Below, piece after piece: positions 12,678-23,485 of a DNA stretch of 64,000 bases; within the stretch, counting starts at the first letter, position 1; every line of letters begins with the position of its first letter. The notes below the pieces were generated by a model, which was not told where the DNA came from, made no database searches, and saw only the letters and a program-made list of their open reading frames with translations. The DNA is taken from assembly GCF_006345805.1 (NCBI RefSeq), contig NC_043005.1:70866001-70930000 (forward strand), written 5' to 3'. This stretch comes from Octopus sinensis. Lineage: Eukaryota. The position numbers and the translations under genes were made by a program.

Positions 12678-13474
12678 GTGTAATAAATAAAATATATGCA
12701 TACATACATACATACATACATATATATACGTACCTACATCTACATGTATATATACATGCATATATAAATATATATACTAAACGATGATGATGATGATGAT
12801 GATGATGATATACGTGAGTACAGGACACCACAAATAGACGCAGAACTCAACGAGAACGAAATGTAAAAAAGAGCATGGAACGAACCTTTTTTTTACAAAG
12901 AAAAAACAGAGTACTAGACAAACTACATAAGGAAAAATCCCCTTCATCAGCTGTCCCTAGTTCAACTCCAGCGTGTTTCGAAGATGAGGACAGAACATGA
13001 CTCGTTGAACTAGCCCTTCCTGCGAAGAAATTAAAGGAAATTACTTTGCAGAGGGGTAAAAACAAGGAAAGAACAAAATGTGACACAAACAGGACGTAAA
13101 AACGATACAAATAAAATTACAAAATAAAATACAAAATAAAATACAAAATAAAAATACAATTACAAAAAAATACAATACAAGAAATAAAAACAACCAAAGA
13201 GGGCCTTTTTTGCCAAGACGAGGAGAGATTCAAGGAGCGCAAGAAAACCCTGTGTTTACAGTTAGAAGGCTGCATGCAAAAGGAAATATTTGGCCGGCTG
13301 TGAGAGAGAGGAGGAGGAGTGAGAGAGAGAGCGACAGAGAGGAAGACAACCGGCTGTGAGAGAGATGAGGAGGAGTGAGAGAGAGAGAAAGGGAGAGAAG
13401 GGAAGGTTAAGCAAAGAGGTTTAGGGTTTCACGTCATATATATATATATATGTACGTATGTATGTATGTATATA

Positions 13475-13979
13475 TTGGGTTGTCCAGAAAGTTCGTGCCG
13501 ATTTTTTAAAGGAAAGAAAAAGGTCAATAAATACTTGCCATTACATTTTTAATCAATAAAATATCAACCATTTTGTTGCACAATGCGTCTCCATCTTTCC
13601 TTTAACTTGATAATACCCTCTTCCCAGAATTGAGGTGGTTTCATGGCAAAGAATTCATCAAGGTATCTTTTTATGTCATCGAAGGAATTGAAATTTTTAC
13701 CATTAAGACTATCGTGCATGGACCTGAATAAGTGGAAATCCGAAGGAGCAATTTCTGGTGAATATGGAGGGTGGGGTAACACATCCCAGCTGAGATGCTG
13801 CAATTTTTGTCTGGTTCCCAATGCATCAAGTTTAAAGTGTTACAGAATTAACAAAGGTTATAGGAACATAAATCTTTTTCCATGCAAAGATAGCATAAAC
13901 TATTTTATGGACTCAACCGTGTTCTAAAATAAGTCGAAAGGTAAGCTGCTATAAATCACGAACTTTCTGGACAACCCAA
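13475..13979 (-). mobile_element. Mariner internal-deletion derivative (about 505 bp) retaining the transposase C-terminus
   Basis: Identical 23-bp TIRs TTGGGTTGTCCAGAAAGTTCGTG in TA-rich flanks; ORF with WDVLPHPPYSPEIAPSDFHLF and WEEGIIKLKERW. Confidence 0.92.
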
Positions 13980-14001
13980 AATATATATATATGTATATAT
14001 A

Positions 14002-14700
14002 TTAAGAATTTACAAAAAAAAAAAAACAAAAGACGAAGACAGGAGTGTAAACAACAAACAGATGTATTAGTTTAATGCTCAGGAAGTGAGAAAGTGTTTT
14101 ATGTTTTGAGCCTATGCTCTTTGACAGAAAGGAACACAGAAATAAACAGGGAGAGAAAATAGAAAAGGGTTTAGTGGCTAGCGATCTATCATGGCACAAG
14201 TGCGGATTGAGAGAAACAACAATAGGAAGAAACAAAAAGTACAAACAAGTTTAGAAAAGTTCAAAAGATTCAAATGTTGAGGTGTATTGGAGCGATTTCT
14301 CATCGAAGGAAGAGTCCAGTGTAATCCATGGGTAGGAGAGGTGCAGCCAAAGTGTAGGAGTCCCAGTGTAGAAGAAAGTCCAGGTAGAGAATGTCCAAGA
14401 AAAGGTCAAAGTGGAGTTGGAGACAGGATAAAACTGGTGCAACCATGTGAGCGTTTAATATATTTATTAAAGTGAGAATTTACAAAAAAAATAAAAGACG
14501 AAGATGAGTCTGTAAACAACAAACTGATGTATTAGTTTAACACTCAAGAAGTAAGAATTGTCTTTTATGTTTCAAGTCTATGCTCTTTGACAGAAAGGAA
14601 CACGGAAATAAACAGGGAGAGAAAATAGAAAAAGGTTTAGTAGCTAGCGATTTATTATGGCACAAATGCAGATTGAGAGAAGTGACAATAGGCAAAAGCA
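14002..14700 (-). mobile_element. PLE partial tandem: pLTR, endonuclease-tail remnant, pLTR
   Basis: About 230-bp segment repeated at 14002 and 14474, (TA)n on both sides, each repeat with a decayed minimal HHR. Confidence 0.7.
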
Positions 14701-14929
14701 GATATATATAAGTATATATATATATATATATATGCATATATATATATATGTATATATATGTGCATCTATCTATATATATATATACATATATGCACATATA
14801 TATGTGTGTATATGTATATATATATATTTATATATGTATGTATGCATGTGTGTATGCATGTATGTGTGTATATGCATGTGTGTACATGTATATATATATA
14901 TATATATGTGTGTGCTAACTTTAATATGG

Positions 14930-16237
14930 ATTGAAATCAGAGAATACTTACTTCTTTGAAAAACGAGTATAAACATCAAGATTATGATCTTAACTTGAAG
15001 AATACTTTATGGTTAATTATTCCATTTGGCAAATAGGTAAATTACAATTTTTCCAAATTGTTTAATATAGCAATTCAAAAATATTTTCCAATCAATCACA
15101 AACATCATAAAGTTTTTGATAGGCATAAGATTAGAATGGCTTATTGTCTTAGCAAAAACATTGCACAAATTATAGCAACACATGATGTTCTAACAATATC
15201 GAAATTTCCAAAAGGCAATTTTAATCAGAGAAGTATAGTAAATATTAAGCAATAATAATGTTAAATGGAATAAAAAAAACTCAAATAGAAGAGAACATTA
15301 ATAATCTAAATGTCGCTTAAAGGGAAACAACCGAATTTAACATGGTTAATAACATCAAATCGAATAAAATTTCTGCTAGAATTAGAACGAAGAGAACATT
15401 ATCTAAAGGAGTAAATGGTTATAAAGAACTTGGTGGAAATGAATTTAATTCTACGATGAATGATCAAATTAAAATTAAATCTGAGAGAAATATAAGTGAT
15501 TATATTTGCAATTGTTTTAAACAGGAATCCTGTTTTCAGAGAAAGAAATGTTAGACTAAAAATGTAATATGTAGATGTAAAGTTACATCTGAGGGTAATG
15601 AATACTTTTACATCAGGGGGATATCATTTATTTTCAAGAGGAGGCTGGCAAATCATCTGAGTTCATTTAGAGATAAAAATAAAAGATTCCAAACAAATCT
15701 TAGCAAATTGATCTGGTTTATTAAGGACCAAAACAAAGACTATTCTATCAACTGGGAATTAATTTGTACTGCAAAACCATACAGAGCTGAAACCAAAAAG
15801 ATGTGGTTTGTGTTTAGAAGAATTTTACCAGATTTTTACATCCAAAGCTGATGTAATAAATTCTAGACAGGAAGAAGCTTTGAGATGCTTGCACATGAGG
15901 AAATTCCCATTTATCAAGTATAAATGCATGATAAACATTTAAACAACCGAATGGTTTGAAATAATGGACTATAAGTGATTATCCAATCAAAACTTGAAAT
16001 GGAAATTGCTTGCATCTAACTTAATGGACAACTCCACATCATGCAAGGCGGAATAGATAAGCATAAAACTTTAAACAGTCAAATCGAAGGCTATTAAGTA
16101 AAGACCCTGAGGAAGCTGAACAGATACTAATCAGTGGAGTTGGAACATGTGTTGGTCTATGTAAAGCTGTATATATATTAAAAGAATTCAAGGTAATGCT
16201 ATGCAACTTCATAATAATCCTTATTATTAATACTCCT
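14930..16237 (+). mobile_element. Penelope-like element 3' portion: linker, GIY-YIG endonuclease pseudogene and pLTR
   Basis: KYFPINHKHHKVFDRHKIRMAY linker; NVICRCKV...YIRG...FKRRLANH...LSKLIW...INWELI...(frameshift)RCGLCLEE. Confidence 0.88.
16103..16157 (+). ncRNA. Degenerate HHR in PLE pLTR
   Basis: GACC-CTGAGGA...GGAAC-ATGT-GTT-GGTC; stem I GACC/GGTC, A13 changed to G. Confidence 0.55.
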
Positions 16238-16255
16238 GATATATATATGTATGTA

Positions 16256-16301
<46 letters not shown>

Positions 16302-17439
16302 CATACATATACATACATACATACATACGTATATGTGTATATATATGTGTGTGTGTGTGTAGATATATGTGTGTCTGTATGCATGTTTGAAAATATGTGA
16401 GTTTGAATAATTTGAATATAAAAGCACAGACATACACACACATTACTGAGACCCCCTTTGGTCATAACTGACCATGGGATTGCACTTAGAAAGTTACCCT
16501 CCCAAGCACAAGTCCTGGCAAGGTTGTTTATGGAAGACCAGCTGTCACCCATGTATACCGGCCTCCCCTCTCCATGCCAACAGTGTTATCCAAGGGAAAG
16601 ACAAAGGCTGATACAGCTTGGCACCAGTGACGTTGCAACTCATTTCTACAGCAGAGTGAACTGGAGCAGTCTGAAACAAAGTGTCTTGTTCAAGCACACA
16701 ACACACAGCCCAGTCTGAGATTCAAACTCAGTACCTCACAATTGTAAGCTTGACGCCCTAACCACTGAGCCATGCACCTTCACTTTATATATTCATACAT
16801 ACACCCATATATCTCTATGCTTTAAATATAGATATATTAATTAAATATTCGAAGTATATGTAAATTTAACAATAATCTCTTGCAAAATCCATGCAGCAAA
16901 GTCCATGACAAGGCCGGGCCTTTGTATTACTGGTTACACACTATTCTACATGCTTCCATAGAAATTCCATTTGTCTATACTTCTTAGCTCATGGTGCTTC
17001 AGAGTGGAACCAATCTCAAGACCTCCTGATTGCAAAGTAAATTTCATAACCGCCCAACCATGTCCGCAGCACATATGATATATACACACGAGGTTTGTGT
17101 GGAGGGGTTGTGTATGTGTGAACATAAAGTAAAATGAGATAAAATATAGATTGATAAATAGATAATCAAATATAGATATAAAGATAGTAGGAATGCAGAG
17201 AGCTATCTGTACTGATGTTTTATGCGAGCGTTTATGCAAAATAGGCTGGAATAAGATATTTTAAAATAGACATTTGAAGCCAATTTTTTTTTTCCTTCAT
17301 CTCTATCTTTATTCTATCTTCTGATACAAACATTACCATACATCTGAAAAAGATTTATATCAAAATATGACATTTACAGCTTTCAGAGAGAAGCATTTAA
17401 AAACCTACATTACATATTTTCATATGTAATGTATATCTG

Positions 17440-17863
17440 TGTGTGTGTGTGTCTAAGTATGTGAGTGTTCAGTCTGAATGAAAGTGTGTCGTTTATTTAT
17501 GTGCATATAATGTACATACAGATAGACATGTATATATATATATGCATGTGTATGTGTGTGTGTGTATGTGTATGTACAATGTATATTTATATATATATAT
17601 ATATATACACACATATATATATACATATATATGTATGTACATGTATATAGGTATATATATTCATGTATATGCATGTATGTATATACATGCATATATATGC
17701 ATTTGTGTATATGTACATATGGACGGACCCACACATGCACATATATGTATATCTGTATATATATATCTGTATATGTATGTATATGTATAAATATATATAT
17801 GTGCATGTATGTTTATATATGTGTGTATGTATATATATATATATTTACGTTTGTATATGCGTG

Positions 17864-17895
<32 letters not shown>

Positions 17896-18032
17896 TATAC
17901 ATACATCTATCTATATATATATAAATATATTTACATACATATAAATATAAATATATATATATTTTATATATATATATGTATGTGTGTATGTACATATATA
18001 TATATATATATGTATGTATATATTTGTGTGTA

Positions 18033-18076
<44 letters not shown>

Positions 18077-18110
18077 TGTATGTATTTGTGTGTATGTATG
18101 TGTGTTAAGT
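17440..18110. repeat. Compound (TA)n/(TG)n microsatellite
   Basis: Direct reading. Confidence 0.95.
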
Positions 18111-18989
18111 AAACAACATAACCTCGTAGAAGTACACATATATGGACATTGCAACAATTAATAACATCATAACTGCTGCATTGCATTGGATATGTAAAAA
18201 TTTATATATACTGATTTTATATAACATAAAGGTGGGGAAAAGAAAGCAGGGTCGGTACATAAAAAATATCACTAGTTATCCAATGTCCAAATTTTTCTCT
18301 GATAAGATGTAATATTTCTGATCATAGAGTAATTATTTCCTCTGTATATATTTTAACAAGTCTACACTCACCCCCACATGCACAGACACATTTACATACA
18401 GATATAAGCATATACATGTGTTGATACACACATATACGTACGTACAGGAATATATAAATATAAATATGAAAATACTTACACACACACACACACACACATA
18501 TGTATGTATATCTCTTTTAACATTTACTTGTTTCAGTCATTAGACTGTGGCCATGCTAGGGCACTGCTTTGAGAAACAGAAAACACAGTAGCTGCTCCAG
18601 CATGGCTGCAGTCAAATGACTGAAACAAGTAAAAGAGCATTCATTCTACAGCAAGAAATATGTGATGATATTACCAGACTCAGAAACACGCAAGGGTTGG
18701 TAGCAGGAAGGACATCCAGTTGTAGAAAAATCTGTCTCAATGAATTCTGTCCCATCTAGTCAAGCATTAAAATGCTAATGTTAAAATGATGATGTTGATA
18801 AAAATAACAATGATCATGGTTATGATGATGATGATGATGTGCATCCATATATTGCCTTCATCTTCAGTGTTTTACATCCACTTCCCATTCTGGTGTGAGT
18901 TCGGCAGGTGGTTGCTTCTTTCAAAAATGGATTAGAAGACAAAATCTCATTCATATGTTTCGTTTTGGTTGGATTTGTATGACTAAATC

Positions 18990-19247
18990 CTGGGGATGAA
19001 GATAATATAATAGACAGGGAACACCACTGGAAACTACGAAAACTAAAAGAAGCAGCACATATGCTAGGACACAACAACCTCCTAAGCAGACCGAGTGCAG
19101 ATATGAATAGCATATGGGAACTAGTATTAAGAAAGGATAGGAAAATATTAAATTTATAAGCCCTAAAAATTCACTCCATAATTGTCCATAGTGGTTAAGA
19201 GCACGGGCTACTAACCCCAGGATTCCGAGTTCGATTCCAGGCAGTGA

Positions 19248-19309
<62 letters not shown>

Positions 19310-19445
19310 TCGAAAAATACCTTAGGAATGAGAACCCAGGTTTGAAATTTCCCCAAGACACCTGTAGAGGGTATATCAGCCAAAATGTTGTGTTTTCAAC
19401 AAACAAGATGAGGACAAAAATCCGTCAAATGTAAATAATGTACTA
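18990..19445 (+). mobile_element. PLE 3' fragment: endonuclease C-terminus, tRNA-like segment, (AAT)n, pLTR with deleted HHR core
   Basis: IIDREHHWKLRKLKEAAHMLGHNNLLSRPS; B-box GAGTTCGATTCC at 19227-19238; tail matches 1-166. Confidence 0.8.
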
Positions 19446-20213
19446 AATGCTCTTCCTAACACCTGTCACTGCACAGGATCAATTGGGTGCACTTTTGATG
19501 GCACCATCACTAAAGCATCATTGTCTTTGACAAGACTAATGAGTCTTCTTAACCCCTCACTTATCAGAACACACTAATTGTATCTTATTCTTGTACCAAC
19601 ACTAGAAAGTATACTTGTAGTACTGGAACAAAATAATGGTGGGTAGTAAGAGCTGGATAAATGTCAAGACTGATTGGAGGGGACTAATATAAAACATCCA
19701 TGAAATTGAGCATAGTTAGAGTGTATTATACGCAGCATGTAATTTTATGCATATGACTCAAGATCGATGACAGAGGTGGGGTGATAAGGACAGGGAGGAG
19801 GGGAGAGACAGTGAGAGGGTCTGATAGGTTCGTTGGTGTCCCTAGTTGCAATAAAAGTAAGGTATATTGAATAGAGAAGATCTGCTATCTTTCATGATAC
19901 CAGTACTATAGTAGAGTGAAGTTGAGAAGAGGACAGAATGATTGAGAAATGGCCATAGGGGCATGAGAACTATATAAGGCATGAGTTATAAAGACATGGG
20001 CAATAAGGGCCTTGGTGAATAAGGGCTTGCAGAATAGGCAGATAAATAAGGTGTGTGACAGAGGGGCAAATATAAACACTGACTTAATGTAGGAGATTTT
20101 CAGTAAGTTTGTGTCCAGACTATTTACTCTTTCGGTGGGAATTCATTTGATTGCACCAAGATGTATATTTAATCAATATATGGATGTTTACTGAATGCAT
20201 TTCTTAAAGCAGC

Positions 20214-20255
<42 letters not shown>

Positions 20256-20374
20256 ACTCTCTGCCTCTCTTACTGTCTCTCTCTCCCTATGTGTGTGTGT
20301 GCGTATGTATGTCTTTTTATGATGGCTGCCCCCTCGTTATCAAGTATGGCCATTGCATGAAGTTTAACTGTTAC

Positions 20375-20680
20375 TGGCGCTGTGATCGAATGTGACATTT
20401 TAGCCCAGGTAAAGATCTACAATGTCTTGTACAGAATTGGCAGCTAAAACCTTTACCGTCAATAGCCGGCTGTAGTTGTAACTGGGCTTTATGTACCTTT
20501 GCATGTCGTTTAAGTCCTCCTGCCGAATTACACTCTCTTCCACATGCCTGACAGATATGATTAGTATGGTGTGTAACACCACCACTTGTGGCCAGGTTGT
20601 CACTCATCTGTCTCGCTTTATGTCTACGAAGATAACTCTAGAGTGCAGCTTTACTGAGGCAGGGTCTTACATACGTACAT
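20375..20680 (-). mobile_element. RTE-type LINE 3' end with two C2H2-like fingers
   Basis: CQACGRECNSAGGLKRH and CQFCTRHCRSLPGLKCH, isolated with no exon context, typical of RTE ORF termini. Confidence 0.65.
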
Positions 20681-20724
20681 ACATACATATGTGTGTGTGT
20701 GTGTGTGTGTCTGTATGTGTATGC

Positions 20725-21035
20725 ATTGCAACAGTTTAGGCTTCAAGGGCCCACAGCTCTTTAATATCCTTCCCAAATTCCTGAGAGACCTGCATGGTGT
20801 GGATGTAAGTGCCTTTAAAATAAAACTGGATCTCTTCCTGTCAAGAGTTCTAGGTTCCAGACTAGCATACCTCACGTTAGGAAACACAGATAAGGGTAGC
20901 AGCATGAAACTCCCTCGTTGACCAAATGCCACATATCAGTGGAAGTTTCAAATAATGGCGTAGCTCAGTCAATGGTGGTGCCACAGCATGACCGCAGCTT
21001 TGAAGCTGAAGCATTTTAAAGCAATAAAGAATTAA
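20725..21035 (+). mobile_element. CR1/L2-like LINE 3' end
   Basis: CNSLGFKGPQLFNILPKFLRDLHGVDVSAFKIKLDLFL resembles the CR1/L2 ORF2 terminus. Confidence 0.75.
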
Positions 21036-21057
21036 GGAATTGTACATACATATATAT

Positions 21058-21620
21058 ATCTGAAAATGATAAGGGTAGAAAATTTAAAGAAATATTCTAC
21101 TAGTGGCCAGCATGCATAATAAAGTCAATAGACAACGTATTTTTCATATAAATTAGTGTACGTTTTTATACACGAAATAGGTGACCTTTAACAGGACGCC
21201 TTACATGCTGGAAAGGGCAGTTAAAGCCCAAACCACGAATAAGAGTAATTTCAAAGGGAATGAAAAATAAAAACATTTCAATAGTTACCCTTATACTCAA
21301 GTTTCTGCATCAATGTGCAAATAAATTAATTTGCCATCCGTGCTTCTTCGGTAAGGGCGCCAAAATTAATGCATGTTTATGCAACACTGAAGACACACGT
21401 GTTCCATCTGTATACAGGATAATTTTTCAAATTCACTGCACAAGCGCAGCAACAATTGGCAGCAAATAATAATAATAATTAGAACTGCATACCAAAGGTC
21501 TTCAAAATTATGAAAATTTTACTATAAAAATATTAAGGGTAGAAAATTTAGACAAATATTCTACCAGTGGCCAGCACGTGTAATAAAGTCAATAGACAAT
21601 ATGTTTTTCATAAGCTTTCA
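21058..21620 (-). mobile_element. Non-coding HHR-bearing element, 464-bp unit with about 80-bp terminal redundancy
   Basis: Direct repeat at 21071 and 21535; HHR at 21288-21357; 3' end at TA repeat. Confidence 0.75.
21288..21357 (-). ncRNA. Type I HHR (U4 changed to C)
   Basis: CCCTTA-CCGAAGA-A-GCA...TGC-A-GAAAC-TTGA-GTA-TAAGGG; 6-bp stem I. Confidence 0.7.
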
Positions 21621-21744
21621 GGATGGCCAAATGGTCTAAAATGCCAGTCTCAGGGTACATGTAATGCACCTTAACTGGAACATTGAGTATTGCGGTCAAC
21701 AAATGTGGGTGTGGGTTCATATCCCACTTCTGACAGATAACCTT

Positions 21745-22108
21745 TGTAGGCATAGGGGTGGCTGTGTGGTAAGTAGCTTGCTTACCAACCACATGGTTCT
21801 GGGTTCAGTCCCACTCTGTGGCACTTTAGGCAAGTGTCTTCTACTATAGCCTTGGGCCGACCAAAGCATCGGCAGTGGATTTGGTATGTGTGTGTATATG
21901 TTTGTGTGTCTGTGTTTGTCACCCCAACATCGCTTGACAACCAATGCTGGTGTGTTTATGTCCCCATAACTTAGCGGTTCAGCAAAATAGACCCGATAGA
22001 AAAAGTACTAGGCTTACAAAGAATAAGTCCTGGGGTTGATTTGCTCGACTAAAAGGCGGTGCTCCAGCATGGCCACAGTCAAATGACTGAAACAAGTAAA
22101 AGAGTAAA
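21745..22108 (+). mobile_element. SINE family A
   Basis: Copy lying between the two inverted HHR elements. Confidence 0.88.
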
Positions 22109-22109
22109 A

Positions 22110-22590
22110 GAGTAATTTATATCAAAAGTATGTTGTCTATTGATATGCTGGCCACAGGTAGAATATTTCTCTAAAATTTCTACCTTATTACTTTTATAGT
22201 AAAATTTTCGTAATTTTAAAAACCTTTGGGACACAGTTTTAATTATTATTATTATTTGCTGCCAATTGTAGCTGGGCTTGCACGGTGGATTTGAAAAATT
22301 ATAATATATACGGATGGAACATGAGTCTTCAGTGTTGTATATATATACACTAATTTTAGCACCCTTACTGAAGAAGCACGAATGGCAAATTAATTTATTT
22401 GTACATTGATACAGAAACTTGAGTACAAGGGTAAGTATTGAAATGTATTTTTTTTTTACATTCCCTTTGAAATTACTCTTATTTGTGGTTTGGGCTTTAA
22501 CTGCCCTTTCCAACATGTAAGGTGTCCTCTTAAAACTCACCTCTTTTGTGTATAAAAACATACACAAATTTATATATATATATATATTCA
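22110..22590 (+). mobile_element. Second, inverted copy of the 464-bp HHR element
   Basis: Reverse-complement similarity to 21120-21620; ends in (TA)n. Confidence 0.8.
22362..22431 (+). ncRNA. Type I HHR with intact CUGAAGA core
   Basis: CCCTTA-CTGAAGA-A-GCAC...ATAC-A-GAAAC-TTGA-GTA-CAAGGG. Confidence 0.72.
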
Positions 22591-23442
22591 ATTTGATTCA
22601 TCCCCATTAGTCAAAAGACATGTTATATTCTTGCAGTCTGTATTCGCAATTGTGTAACACATTTTCTGGTTTTTGTCTTTGTTGTCATACACATTTGCTT
22701 GCTTTCTTATAAAAAACAAAAAAGTGTAACTGCCTGAAACTGTTAGGATAATCTGGAAACTTAACTGATGAAAGAAAGTTACAAATAACCCACCTTTATT
22801 TTCCTGTCCCTCTATTTGTTATTTTTACTGCCTGCCTTTGTATCATCGATCTGTTCACATGTTTTATTGTCTTCTATTGCGTCTTTGTTCCATTTTTATA
22901 CATACATATATATATATATACACACATATGTATATATATGTGTGTGTGTGTGTGTGTTCTAGCATGGATTAGACAAATACATGTATTGTTTTACAGCTGA
23001 ATATCTTTTCTGTTGCCAACATTTACTTGTTTTGGAAGTAAGTAAAAGAGTTTTCATTTCCCTTGTCATTGAAAGCAGAGAGCAGCCACATACTAAAGAG
23101 AGTTCACACACACATACACACACACACACTCACACACACACGCACACACACACACACACATTTGATATATTAATTCACAATATTTGAATATCTTAAAGGC
23201 AAATGAAAAAATAATGATTTAAATTTTAAATTCATTATTACTTTAGTGTTATTGAATACTAGAATTCTTCAAAAGACATATTATTATATCTGACGTCAGA
23301 AGTTCTTCATGTACCTCCTTCAGATACAATTTATCAATGAATCATTATAAAGATAAAAACCTATGAGTCAAATGAGGTGGCTTGGTCTTTTGCTTTCTTT
23401 CCCATCTATTATGAGTATGATGTAATAACGTGTGTGTGTGAG

Positions 23443-23485
<43 letters not shown>

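Noticed and set aside
19183-19250. Functional tRNA gene
   Set aside because: No convincing acceptor stem; embedded in a mobile element. SINE heads elsewhere were rejected on the same grounds.
20371-20607. C2H2 zinc-finger host gene
   Set aside because: Finger spacing and isolation match RTE LINE C-termini, and TGEKP linkers are absent.
22745-22790. GAAAC and CTGATGA in close proximity
   Set aside because: Spacing is too short for a type II fold and no downstream GAAA exists for type I.
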